A stretch of 64,000 nucleotides of DNA from Lama glama (lineage: Eukaryota): positions 50,964,001 to 51,028,000 of the forward strand of contig CM052820.1 of NCBI GenBank assembly GCA_028534125.1, read 5' to 3'. The translations under genes were made by a program, and so were the position numbers. Below the pieces are notes generated by a model. That model searched no databases and had not been told where the DNA came from. It saw only the letters and a program-made list of their open reading frames with translations. Below are positions 1 to 13,223 of this stretch, one piece after another. Each line of letters opens with the position of its first letter. Positions within the stretch are counted from its first letter, which is position 1.

Positions 1-1214
1 CTAGTGTACAAATGAGATGGCAAGAGGAAGTAAGTGGAGAGTGTTGCTAACATGATAGTCAATTCATGCTGCAGCTTCGAGCTGCCCTGGTTAACTGTGC
101 ATTTAGACTGCTTGTCAACATCTGACTGTGGTCTGGTCACATCCCATTAGCTACCTGGTTTGTAGCAAAGCCTATTTGAATTAAATATTGCAGTTACTTA
201 AGCTGGTGAAATAAAAATGGGAAAATAATAATTTGGCTCAATTTCTCAAAATTAAAATAGGATCATGTATTTTCAAAGTAGAAGCATGGGTTGCCTACAA
301 TGGTTTCATTCCACGACATTGGCATTGCATGCACTGTTGTCACATTTGATCTAAACACCACTTATTCACACAAGCAGAAGTGAAAGCATATTAGGATCAA
401 TACACTATGCAGACCATCATATGAAGACGATGTTCATTTAAACCTTTGCTGACTATACCCTAAAGGACTCCTCTTGACCCAAAGCCTTGCTCACCGGGGA
501 GAATATAAATGTTCATTGAATTGAGTGGACAAATGGAAGATCTTCCCTGTGGACATTCTTATGGAGGGTTATGGAGCAAAAAGATGCTTCGTTGGAAAGA
601 AGCATTAATTTCTCTATTTGGAAAATAAAAACGTGAGGACTGTGTAGGCCTGAGTCCCAGGAACTGCAGCCTGGGTCCCAAAGTGTATTGGATGCAAGCA
701 CACATCCTGAGAGAATCTCTGAGGCATGCAACTGGGCACTTGTCCTGAAAGGCGCTGTCAAGGTCTCCGCGCTGTAGTCTGCCTACTCCCCAATTTATCC
801 ACTACAGCAGGCAAGATGCAACACTAGCTTTTCCCTGATAAGAAGGGAACCAGTTCCAGGCAATCTGGGCAATAGAAGCTCACCATGGACCACTAAGCTG
901 CCCCGAATAGAAACACTCCACATATTTGACACAACCCAGCTGAAACAGAAAAGTCACAAACACCTCATAAGAAATGCACAAAGCCAAGGGCAGGCTTTTC
1001 TGATTTGTATTTTGTTTTTTTGTTGTGGATCAGAACGGGAACACCATCTTCTGAGCTATGCTGCTCTAAGTACGAGGGGCCTCAGTTATGCTTTCTTGTA
1101 ATAATAACTTAATCAAAATCTACAGAGAAATTTGCTAGTACAAGTAGTTGTAAAGCCCTCCTCAAACTACCCTCCAAATTCATCTTCTCCTTCAGCTTTT
1201 TTTTTAAACAATGT

Positions 1215-1480
1215 ATCATTTATCCAACGGATACTTACTGAGCACCTACTTTGTATTAAGCACTATGCTGAGAGCTCGGTGTCCCAAATCCCTGCTAGGG
1301 TCTGTAGTCCTGTTGGGAGACCTGCTAGACCACAATTACAATACAACGGTTGTGGTTTGCTAGTGGAGGGTGTAAAGACTGTAGTGGAAATTTAGGGAAA
1401 AGAGCCTCAGGGTTGGCCAAGGATCAGGGAAGGCTTCCTGGGGGAGTTGCACTTGAGCTGAGACTTGAAGATTGAGGAAT
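1215..1480 (-). mobile_element. L2 3' fragment
   Basis: CATTTATCCAACGGATACTTACTGAGCACCTACT...GGGAAGGCTTCCTGGGGGAG...TTGAGCTGAGACTTGAAG. Confidence 0.65.
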
Positions 1481-2166
1481 AATGCTCCAAAGTTCCCAGG
1501 GCCACTCCAGATAATGTAACAATAAACAGAAGGGTTTAAAGGAATGATACATAAGGATGGGTTTGGAGAATTATCTGTTGTTCACTATTGCTGAGGCATT
1601 AAAAACAAGTAATTTAGGGAAAAGTAACCTGAGTAGAGGCTGGAATATGAAGGGCTTTGTTCTCCATCCAAAGGAGTCTTGACTTTGCCCTATAGTGTCT
1701 CCCATGAGGTTCAGGGTTCATGAGATCCCTGTGACCATTTTTATGTTTCTGTTTCAATGATAATTTTATTAATAATAAAATGGGAGAAGCTGTGGTAAAA
1801 ACACCTTCCAGATAATCTGTATGACCATTTGCCACATAATTTTGGTGCCCATACTTTTGTTTATTATTAAACTGGCACCAAGCCAACAGAGATATACCAG
1901 TTAGAGGCCAAAGGAGATGTTGTTTGAACAAAGAGATCATTCTCACTGAAAAAGTAAAGTAGGGGGAGAACTGAGTCACCATATATGGGTGCATGGTAGT
2001 AACGATAACAAAATAATTCAAAATAATCTGTGCCATCATGCTCTGAAACATATTCATATTGCAGAGGACAACTGAATTTCACAAAACAATGTGATTTGTT
2101 ACATTAAATTAAAGCTGCTTATTTGAACATCGCTGGTTTTGTAGTTTTTTCATAATACATGTTTTT

Positions 2167-2293
2167 AAAAAAAACTTCGGGGGGTAATTAGGTAATTATT
2201 TATTTATTTTATTTTAATGGAGGTACTGGAGATTGAACCCAAGACCTCATGTATGCTAAGCATGCACTCTACCACTGTGCTATACCCTCCCAC
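2167..2293 (-). mobile_element. tRNA-derived SINE (camelid vic-1-like)
   Basis: Minus strand has A box TAGCACAGTGGTAGAG, B box GGTTCAATCTCC and an (AAAT)n tail; TSD TTCATAATACAT at 2149-2160 and 2294-2305. Confidence 0.85.
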
Positions 2294-3251
2294 TTCATAA
2301 TACATATTTTTCCGTTTGGGTTTTATAGTTCTATAAATATAAATGACAAGGAATGTCTACCTAGTTTCATGTTTTTTAAACCAATTTAAGAAACATTTAA
2401 GATTTAAGTAAACACAAATCTGCAGGAGTTCTCTTTTTCTCTAAATAGGTCTATGCGTTACCCAAGTAGGAAAGACAGGGCCAAAGATGACGTAAGAAAT
2501 CTGAGCATATTGGTGTGAGCCGGTTACTGTTAGGAGACCACCATGGTAGTCACACAGAGGAAGGACAGCATGGAGACCAACGGAGATGAAAAGACCACTA
2601 AGGGGATGACTGCCTGAGTCCTCTTATTTAAAGAACCCATTTGCTGGATACCAGAGGGCTGCTCTCGGGCACATGCCAGAGTGCTGTGGAATTAAATGCT
2701 GACCTGACAAACCAAGCTGTACCTGTGTTTCAGGGTATGCAGATCTAGCTCAAAGACACCCCAAACTTCTACCTGTATCGTCTATCAGAGGGTTCTGTGA
2801 TGATGCCAGAACTAAATTAGGACCAAATCCCAGGTTTTACTAGAGAGCTTCAAAGTACACAAGAGAAGTTTCTATGTATCTAGTAACAAAAAAACAAACA
2901 GGCCCATGGCATATACTTCTGAAGGCCAGCTGGAGCTGAAATCTGTCTTCACCAAGCCGTGTGTCCCTGGAGCTGCATCTACCCAGGGAAGGTGATTTTT
3001 TCTAATTTACACAAAGGCTGGATGAACTTGACAAGTCATGACCCTTGGAGAGGGCCGCATCTTCTGGAGAGGGTATTGTATGAAGGTATCTTATGGGCCA
3101 GCTATGACTTAATCCTGCTTTTCTGAGATTAAGTGCCATCAATATCACTCACCAGAACTCTCACAGTTCAATGAGAACAAAGGATTTTCTTCTTCCTGAA
3201 AGTTTTGTGACACATAATTCCCCATAAAAAGGCAAAGCACCAACGCTCTCA

Positions 3252-3377
<126 letters not shown>

Positions 3378-3413
3378 TCACAACTGGGCAGTGAGCAGAG
3401 GATGATGCTAGAC

Positions 3414-3736
3414 CAGGGATGGTCAAACTTTCTCCATAAAGGGTCAGACAGTAAACATCTTAGGCTTTGTGAGCCTGAGGCTCTGTCACAACTACTACTC
3501 AACTCTGCCACTGTCGTGCAAAAGCAACTTAGACAACACAGAAACAAACAAGTGTGGCTGTGTTTCCATAAATGTTATTCATGGATGCAATATAATTTTC
3601 AAGTGTCATAAAATACTCTTCTTTTGATTTTTTCCCCAACTATTTGAAAATGTAAAAATCATTCTTCACTCACAGGCTACACAAAAACAGGAGGCTGGCT
3701 GGATTCGGCTGACAGGCTATAGCTTGCCAACTGCAG
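3414..3736. mobile_element. hAT-Charlie MITE, MER58B-like
   Basis: CAGGGATGGTCAAACTTTCTCCATAAAGGGTCAGACAGTAAA...ACTCAACTCTGCCACTG...TAGCTTGCCAACTGCAG; about 50 bp from the exon 6 acceptor. Confidence 0.8.
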
Positions 3737-5936
3737 TGCAGAAGGATGCATCAATCTATCTAAATCACTAGAATATTTTTTTTCCTAATGAACATTCCTA
3801 TCTATACTGCTGCAGAACTGGAATCAAAAGAAAACAACAAGAACTAGGATCAACCCCAAATATCTTCCCATTATATTTCCAAAAAAAGCCACGAGACATT
3901 TTTCTTAAAATGGTGCTTATTTTAGGGAGGAAGAAAATGTATGTGCATTATCTATAATAGAGCATCAGTGTAGACTTAAAAAGTTTTCAGTGCCTTATCT
4001 TACCTAGAAGCCTAGAAACCTGTCAAGAAAAACATACTTGTCAAACGGAAAAAGAAATTGACTAATGATATCACTATATAGGGCTCAGTGCTGGGGACCT
4101 GAATTTTAATATAATTTCAATGTACTCTGCCTTAGTCTTCAGCCAGCCCGCTTCTTTTACAAGGGATGTAACGGTACACAGGATGACTGGGCATCAAAAG
4201 ACCTGTTTTCCACCCCAATTATGCCTTTTTCTAATTGCATGACCTTAAGCAGACAACTGCACTCTGAGCCTCAGTTTTCTCATCTTCAAATTGGGGATAA
4301 TGTTACTCATTAGACCTAACACAAAGTGTTCTTCTTAAATACCAAGTAAGAGAACAAATGTGAAAAGAATGTATAAACTTAAATTTTTTTAACAATTACA
4401 AGGTATTCTTTTATACCAAGCAGAAGTCTAACTCAGCACCTAAGAGAATGACAAGGTGCTGTTGACGATGAGAACTTAGAAACCTGGATATGTGTACTCA
4501 TCAGCAAAGAACACACCTTTGAAAACATCAGGCATAGATTTGCCAAGGACCTATGGATTGTTTTGGTGGAGGAATAGTTGTTGTACTAACCATTTGCAAT
4601 CTTATTCTTTATTAGGAAGCCAAAGAGGGCTCTTTAAACTCTATTGGCCATGGATAATTTCCTATTTTACCAAGTTCTCCACTACAATTTTGATTTCTAA
4701 AAATTATACTTTTCTGTTATTAATTTCTAGACATTTCTTTCACAGCAACGGGAAGATCAGGAACCTTCTGCTGGAAGACTAGGAGCCTTCACCCTCATGC
4801 CAAATCACAAAGCTAGTGAGTGGATAAATCAGCTTTAATCTCCATCCTTATCCTTCTAGGCTCTTTCCCACATAACATATTCATTGCTCCCAGATTCTGT
4901 GCAAAATCTGTCTCTGATGGTATGCATACAGCACATTCGTAGAGTTATACCATTTCTTAGAAAGAGGAGCTTAAGACTTGAGCAAAGTGCCCCTCTGCTA
5001 TTTTTTCCAGTTTTTTAGTAAATAGACCAGTACACTTAACGTAATTTCATTTACTTTGGGGTAATTTCTTCTGAGCAAATTATTCACTGTTACATTTTAA
5101 CACTGAATTTCTTCTTACCAGTAAAACAATGAACATTCAAAATCATCAATCTTTTCTCCTACTATGCTGCTATTGATAAAGAACATTTTTAAAGTGCTTC
5201 TGTAAATGGTTCCTCATTATTTATAACAATCATGCTGAAGTACTAACTGTTGTTGAACTAATTTAGAAGATTAAACCAATCAGTAGACTTAAAAAGGAAA
5301 GCCAAATGGTTTGTTGGTTTGCGACTATCAATCCACGAGTGTTGCAAGGAGATATTTAATAGTTCTCTGGCCTTCGGTGACACTGCTCTGACACTGCTCT
5401 CTCACACTTCCCTTTCCTGTTCATGTTTCCAGTTCAAGCAGCCTCACAGGTAGCAGCAAGAATCAAAATTTAAATGGATGTTAGCTTCCAGACCCAAAGG
5501 ACTATTTTACCTTCTGCTCACTGGGGATAAGTATGCCTAAGGCTAGAGAAAGTCATTTGAAAGACCAAACTGCTTTCTCTTTTCATATGCAAAAGAAGAA
5601 ATGGCAAAATGTAAATTATAGATGATTGCCCTGAGATGTGAAATCCTTCCCAGAAAACCCAAGTTTTTCCGCCAAATTCTTTTGAAGCACTTTTATATTC
5701 TATCTTTAATAAAATTGCTTCTAAAGTTGAAAATAGAGTAACAAACAGCATCTCCTAGGGTAATCCATCTGGTGCACCCCCCACCCTCCAGCCTGTGTGG
5801 GACTCCAAAGTCCCCCCTCCCCCACCCCACCCCCGCCTTTGGTGTAGAAGAGAGGCCTCAGTCTTCTGAGACTGCAATAAATTGTTGCCTTTGGCTAAAC
5901 CGCACACATCAAGAAAACAAACGACACAGTCATTAC

Positions 5937-6036
5937 CAAAGTCAACGAGCTTAACTCCTCCTTCTGTTGTCAGAAGAATGTTATTCCCCTTGACATCACG
6001 GTGGATGATTCGGTTATTGTGCAAATGCTGAAGGCC
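5937..6036 (-). CDS. MYO3B: MYO3B exon 5 (catalytic loop HRD and DFG)
   Basis: catgcag|GGC CTT...TTT G|gtaatg; 100 nt; [33 protein letters not shown](G). Confidence 0.97.
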
Positions 6037-6271
6037 CTGCATGGTGTCCCACCATCACCAAACACCAGGAAAGAGAAAGGGAAAATTTGCACGGTTACTT
6101 TTAAACAATTACCATGCTATTGACATTCTAATCAAAGTCCACATTTGGCTACACCTCCCCGCTACTGTACACCTTGCAGACCATAAGGCAGTTTCCCCTT
6201 GTTAATATGGTATGGGGTGCCAAACAATGACAAACTGCCCCCTCTGCCTCCAGCTTGATGGGCGTGCTTAC

Positions 6272-6376
6272 CAAGAGGGCCCCGTATAAGATGTATGAGA
6301 TCACTGCTTCATCCAGCCGCTGGCCGCACCTGAGTAGACCTTTGACCAGCTCGGTGACGGAGCCCCCATTACACAG
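6272..6376 (-). CDS. MYO3B: MYO3B exon 4
   Basis: cttgcag|CTG TGT...CTC TTG|gtaagc; 105 nt, phase 0-0; [35 protein letters not shown]. Confidence 0.97.
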
Positions 6377-7197
6377 CTGCAAGAGGAGGTGCCGGGGAGA
6401 GAGACAGCAGAACATAGAAAAAAAGAAAAGAAAAAGATGTGAAGAACAAAAGGCTACTGATTATTGACCCAATGGAGTAAATTTGCAAATCACAAAACTT
6501 CAGGTTGGAACAATTAAATTTCAAATTTCCATTACACAGTCAAATCTAGTTCTTTGTGAGTCTGTGTGTATGTGAGTGTATTTATTCAAGGTGATGATTT
6601 ATGAGTGAAAGTGCACATCCAAGAAGTCGATTTTTTAAATTGTCAAGTGAAATATAAAAGCACAAGTCATTATTTAGAAATTGAAAAGAGAAAGTATATA
6701 AGTAATCATGGTGACTGATATTTTTCATTTTACATGAATACTATCTTTAAAAAAACATGCATTTTGAAAAAAAAAAAAAAGACCAAAAGAGGCGAGATGG
6801 ACGCCTTTGACATGTGGGAAGAAGTAAGTTTTATCTCAAACCGCCCCGGCTCCCGTGCTGGCACTGCAGCATCAGAAGTCCAGCCAGCAGCTCCCTGCAG
6901 AGTTGACACCGCATGTCAGATGTATGGAGTGAAGCTGCCTCACATGTGCGTTCGACATTTTCATATTCAACTTTAGGAGTTCAGCAACTTTACGCACTTA
7001 TTTTCCATTGTAATTAAAAACACTGTAAAAGCATATCTTTCACATTTGCTCTTTGCTGTGTGTTGTGTATTACTGAGATGTGAGAGTACATAAACCAGGT
7101 ATACTATTCTTTCACAGCACCTTAAGGGTTTTCCAGGATAATTTTTACTAACTGCAGAAGGCAGTGTGCAGGTTTGGGTTTGCAACATGCCGTCTTA

Positions 7198-7357
7198 AAT
7201 CAAGGGTTCTTAACTGCTGTGAGTAGGACATGGAAATACCTTGAAATTGCAGGAGGCACATTGTACATGCATCTTGCATTTTCTGCGGAGAAAATTCAGA
7301 GATTCTGTCAGATTCTCAGAGCCATTCTGGTCCTTCTAAAGGTTAAGACCCTGCTTT
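7198..7357. mobile_element. hAT MITE (MER103-like)
   Basis: CAAGGGTTCTTAAC...GTTAAGACCCTG inverted termini; TCAGATTCTCAGAG core. Confidence 0.55.
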
Positions 7358-8129
7358 AGAGACCTCGGTTCCTCCTGCCACTTTGTCTGCAATTTGGGAA
7401 TTAACTAGTGAACAGTAGGGGAGTCCCCAGGGTTGTGGCTGCCTGAGTCAACTGACTTTTCTTAAGTAAGGATATCTGAGGAAGTACAGATTAGCACCTT
7501 TCCTAAAAGAAGACAACTCTTTATTAGGATAATAATACATTAGGATCTATTCAACTCTAGTTGTGAACATCTGCAATGTTTTAACAAACGGTGCACAGAT
7601 GTTTTTGTTTGATATGTGTACCATTCCCAGCTACATATGAGGCAGAGACCTTGCACACACATTAACAATCAAGATAACCTGGAGCTGAATCTGCTCTTGT
7701 TTTTACAATTTAAGTTGCTCATAAATAACAGTATTTGACTTAAAATCTAATACAGAATTAGAAATCTTCAAAACTAGGAGAAAATTACTATCTCTGAAGA
7801 TGGAGTGAAATACATGGAGAGCTATAATGGTCCCATGAGTCTTGGCTTATATAAAGTGTCCTTGGAATCCACTCTCTATCAACGACAGGTATAACTTGTA
7901 ACTCAACACTGATCACTCACGTCCCTAATGTTGAGTACCAGGGTAATGTCTTCCAGAGGATTCTACAGTCTTCTGATTTCAACTATGTCTTACGTGACCG
8001 TGAAAGGGCAAATAACATTCAGTGTTCAATCTAATACTCTCTTGAGCAATGAATGCATTTTCAGTGTCATCATTCATAGAACAGTCTTAAAAGCTAAGCT
8101 TCTGACAAACATAAAATAATTTTCTCAGG

Positions 8130-9058
8130 ACTCCCCAAATTTGATTCCATATTTCAAGGAACAAAACTTGGAGAACTGACCCCAGAGTCAAATAATGATC
8201 ACAAAAGAATGTAGGACATGAACTAAGGGAAGTTCTTGATCCAAAAACAGAAAAGCCTTTCTGGGGCTGACGGCACAGAGCTTGGAGAGCTTGAGAGAAT
8301 AAGGTTAGAGTGAGGATGCCTCCTCCTGGGGAGAAGGTCTGTATAAAGGAATAATGATAATGAAATTTCATTTCTTATGAAGCTCTCTTTATTTGGGAAT
8401 CTAAGGGGAGACCCCTTCACAGGAGCCTCGTGCCAACAAAGAGGTATCCATGTTGAGTGGGAATGACAGCAGAGGATGATGAGACTCAGCAAGCCTGGGA
8501 CTGTAACAGTTCCCTACAGCCTGTCCATGACTTGCAGGAGATTCAGAACTTTATGCCCCATTTGGGGACAGGGAAAAGGCTGGATTAAATGAGAAGGAAA
8601 GACAGTGAGGACTTCATGATAAGAAGGAACACCAGGGACCAGGGACATGGGGAGACCCCAAAGGCAGACAGTAGAAGGACTCAGGGGTCACTACACAGTT
8701 GGAGGCCCCTGCCCTCACTGCCATGGCTTTACATGAGCACTTGCTATATCCAGACCCAGATGTCACCCCAGAGAAGCAAAGAGGAAGAGAAAAAGAGAAA
8801 ACCATTAGAGAACGAAGTTCTTACCTGAATGACTAAGCTTTGAGCTGGATTGTGAAAATGGGATATAAGTTCTAGAACTTGACCCTTCCCAAAGAAACCA
8901 CTCAGTGGACTAAGTTTAACAGAAAGAGTTAAAATCAGCTATCTCCTCTAGGCAGGCTGGGGGCTCAAGGACAAAGTTGAGTTCAGTTATCAAAAAGCAG
9001 TTTACCTCTTTGCTCTCAACAGTGTGTGACTGTCCAGTTTTTATGACCCATTATTGCA
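8130..9058 (+). mobile_element. Ancient LTR (LTR78-like)
   Basis: 3' portion GGGGGCTCAAGGACAAAGTTGAGTTCAGTTA...GTGTGACTG resembles the LTR78/79 end; weak recognition. Confidence 0.35.
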
Positions 9059-12000
9059 TCATGAATGCATCACAGTCCCTGCTGAGGTAGGGTGAAGAGG
9101 GAAGAGTCTGGGAAATCTCCCCAGAGAATGGAACATATACAGTGAGTCCAAAGGACAAAGGAGCTTATGGCCAGTGAACGAGAAGAAGGGCAGCCCTGGA
9201 AAAGGAACACTGTGTGCAAACGAAGGGAGCACAAAAGACCGAGGGAGGTGTGCGTGTCTGTCTGCATGTGTATATATGTGTCTGTGAACTCTAAATGCTC
9301 TGCTACTGTTAGGACAAAGGGCCAGATTCCCAGAGCAGGGGGATGGGGAAGAAAGGTGGGGGACAGGAGATGACAGGTGTGCACTGCTAAGGAGTACGGG
9401 CTTTATTACTATACACACACTCATAACACCGTAATACACCATTAGATAGGAATGGTAAGCTATCGACAGGTTTTAGGTAGAGGTCTCTGTTCAGATTTCT
9501 AGACAGATGACTTTGGTAGCAGATTGGAGGGTGGGCAGAATAGGAAGACCCTGGGAGCTGGACACCTAGTGGGAGATACTGAAGCAATCAAGAGAAGCAG
9601 GGTCAGAAAGTCAATAGTCTTGAGGACGCAGAATCAGGGGCAGAAAAGGGAGGCTTTTATGAAATAGAATTGACAGGAATTTCTGACCAACTGGATGTCG
9701 AAAGTTAAGAAGAGACAGAATCTAGGGATCTTGTGAGAATAAGAATATCGATAAAGTTCTTTGATTCTCTAAAGCCAAAGCAGTAACAGACCTGCAAAGC
9801 ACTTTAACACCTTCATCAGAGCCACTTCTCAGCCTGGCTTCCATCTAAGGGAGACACACGCTTTACTGAATTGCAAGCGTGCTATTAACCTTCTACCCAG
9901 AGAAAACTTCAAATTAAATGCTGGGTGATGAGTCAAGCTAACTCAACCCTGGAATTTTCCCCTGAAACCTCATTTTAAATTTGCCCTACTTTAAATCTGG
10001 CCACTTCTGCAATAGGAGCCTATTCAGTGGTATTTTATATAGGCAGCTAATTTATAAACTTCCTTCATAGCTCTGGAACCTATGGAAGGATTAAGAGCAG
10101 CAATTTTGTCAGCAGGATCAAAACTGAGCTGTGGACTTAAGAACAACAAAAGGATCAGAACCAATCGGTGCTTTTGTTCACTAAATGTCAGAGTTTGAGA
10201 GCTGTCTGACTTCTTGCGGTTCACAGAAACGTAATTAAACTGCCCAGGGCACCTTTAGAGAAAATGGTCCTGTGAAGCTGATAAATCTACCAGCAAGGTT
10301 TTAAAAGGGCAGCCCGTGGGAACAGGGAAAGGACTTTGGGTACTTGGATATAAAAAAGGAAAGCAGGTACATACTGACAATTGTCTAGTCAGAGTAAATA
10401 TTCAGTGAAAGGGACTGAATATTTTAAAAGCATGACAAAGAATTATATTTAAATGCCTCAAATAAAATAATCCCCTTAGAGTTTTAAGTAGGCAGCCAAG
10501 CCTCCTACCCTACCCCTGAGGGTTGGCACCTGCAGGCTTTTCTTCCCTCCCACTCTGCCAGCCATAAGATTCAAATACAAAGGTGTATCTCCATCCCTGC
10601 CTTTCTCCCTATGCCCTCAGCATTCAGGAAATGTGGCAGCTGGATGCATCTAGAACTTAATGAACATCTTGCTCCAAACCAAGAAAAATAGAAAAATCAT
10701 TTACATTCCACATCTATTTTCCAAAACATCACTGAATATTGATTCAATCACAGTGTGTGCATTTGCTAAGATGGTCATAATTTCAAGCAATAAAATGTTC
10801 CTTGCTCAATAAGCCATCAACTTTCCTCCATATTATTAAAGAATGGCCTATGCAACACAATCATCAGAGCTTTATTCTAGTCAAAGCTCCAACTTTCAAC
10901 TATATACTGTACTGGCATGTTGATTTGCCCTAGTCAGAGGGCAGAATTAAGAATTTTTCAGTCCCTTTTGTTCAGTGCACTTTATCTCTCAAGGATGTTA
11001 GGTTCTACAGAGGGCATAAAGCAAAAAGTCAAGGATCATCAAAATTACTCTAGAAGATGCCTTAGAGAGGACCACATTGGACACTGTCCACCTCTCAGGC
11101 CAAAACATGATTTTTCCTCCACACTATTGAGACAGATTGTGTTTATTTTACTGATAGCAGGTAAAATTTTCTGGCAGGGTGGGAAGACGCTCACACTAGG
11201 AGAGGGAGGAGGGCCCAAGACTTCTACCTCCCATTTCGGGTTCTCTCCAGGGCGCATGCGTAGAATGGTGGGTGGGCAGAATCACTCCCATGCCTTGGCT
11301 TCTCACTCTTGCTTTTGCTGAACACATACAGCACACGGATATAGCAGGCAATTCAGTTGCATTTCAAAGTTCCTCCCTTCTCCACTCCCAAGTGTTCTGC
11401 ACATTCCTCTGGGCCCCCAGCATGTCAGTGACTCTCATTTTAGAACCCTGCCAGAACCTGCTATCTGAGTCAGCAGCATTCAGTGCTCCAGCATCTTCTA
11501 ACCATCTCTGACCAATGAGAACTGCCCAGGGCTACGCTCCAGACCATCAGAGTGCCGCTGTGACCCTGCTTTGTTAATGTGATTCACTTGATTCACGCCA
11601 CATTATCGATGGGTGAAAATGGTTTAAAGTGTTAACTTGCAATGATATTGGGGCCTAGACTGGACTTTTTAGAGCCTTAAGTAAAATGCAAAAACTGAAC
11701 AGAAGTATCTTTTTCCCCCTCTGGCTTCTAGATACTGAACTTATACACAGATCTCTGGGGGGAAAAACAGATTTAAAAAATGATTCTTTTATCTGGTTTT
11801 AAAATATAAGGACTGTTCTTTTGTTTTTTTGTTTTTACTTTACATTCTTATTTATTAACACTCTAAACCCTAAACCAATTCTTTTCATTTGAACATGTGA
11901 TGATTCATGTTGAAATGAACAGTATTCACATACTGAAGGTTTTATATTAAAAGGAAAAAAGAAAAAACATATTTCATGTCTTAGCACATACTAGGTATTT

Positions 12001-12578
12001 TTTCTGAGTACTGTGCTTTTCTTAAAGGTCTTATATCTTATTATATTTCATTTAGGTAAGAGACAATAGGACTTACAGATTTTTCAGATTTAATATTAAC
12101 TTAGAATAAAATTTATTCACAAATTTTCCAAAACATTATTATGTATGAGTGTTGTCTCTCCACATCTTTCTCATATAGTAGGTATCTGTCATGAAAGAAA
12201 GCTTTGCCTTGCTTTCTGCTAAGAATTAGTAATTAATTTCAGAAATGACATATTTATTTGCTTTTGTTTTCAGAGTTGTAGTGATTTAAGAGGGTTATTG
12301 ATAACATTTTCTATCCTCTAGAATTGCTCTGTGGAATAGCTTCTCACTGTCCTTTCATCGTATTTGGGAAGGAAAGAGCAAAGGCAACATAAATTTAATC
12401 TCAATACACAGGATGAGGGGGACAGTATTAAATGGATCATAATTTTATTGTGCAAGTCTCCTAAGGCACTCTTTAAAAAGGTTGCAGATGGAGCAACATG
12501 GTCAAGGTGCTATGACCAAGGACTGTCATCATCTGCTCTGCGTGTGCTGGAGGTGTGTGTGTATGTGTGATCAGAAAC

Positions 12579-13223
12579 TGTTAGAGCAGGCAGATAGCTA
12601 GATATGAGCAGAGAAAGGGAGACACAGGCCAAATGGCAGGAATTGGGCATACAGGAGGCGCAAGAGCCAAATGCAGGAAACCATACATCATGTAAACAAG
12701 AAGAGTCCCTGAGTAGAGAAAGAAAAGCAGGAACCTCTCGGCTCATAAGCAGCCATTTTGAGGTGGCAAGTGGCCTGGAAAGTGGCCAAAAAAGAAAGGG
12801 GGCAAAAGGCAGGAATCTCCAATGTCCAAATGTAATATTTTGCTTATTATGCCCTCATTTTAATAAAATTAGCCTTGCAGATTAGAAGTATCCATCATGC
12901 AACGACGCCATGACACTTCCGATCCAGGCTAAATACGGACAAAAATCCCTCCTCCCTTTGGAAAGGTGGAATTGGGATGAAAATCAGGGAATATGACCCC
13001 AAACCCTTCCCTCCCCAATGAATATTCTGCCCATTCATTTTTTACACTTTAAGTAAACAATTTGCCAAAGAAACTCAGGGCAGTCCCTCATGAGAGTCTG
13101 CCTGCTTTCCCCTTGAAAGTGTTCTATCTATCCCTTAATAAATCCTCACTTTACTTTTTTAACTTCCACGTCTTGTCTCTAAATTCTTTCTGGGGCAGGA
13201 AAAGAACCTAGTCACTGGCAACA
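12579..13223 (+). mobile_element. ERV1-class solo LTR (MER50-like 5' end)
   Basis: TGTTAGAGCAGGCAGATAGCTAGATATGAGCAG...AATAAA (about 13137)...GGCAACA; TG...CA termini; flanks AAAC/GAAC suggest a 4-bp TSD. Confidence 0.7.

Noticed and set aside
2221-2291. tRNA-like A and B boxes (also at 23.9 and 42.5 kb)
   Set aside because: Followed by simple-repeat tails and flanked by TSDs, so SINEs rather than tRNA genes.
9800-10330. TAAT-rich non-repetitive stretches (also near 19.4, 21.6, 45.6 and 60.2 kb) as conserved elements
   Set aside because: Plausible, but motif content alone cannot separate them from background without alignments.
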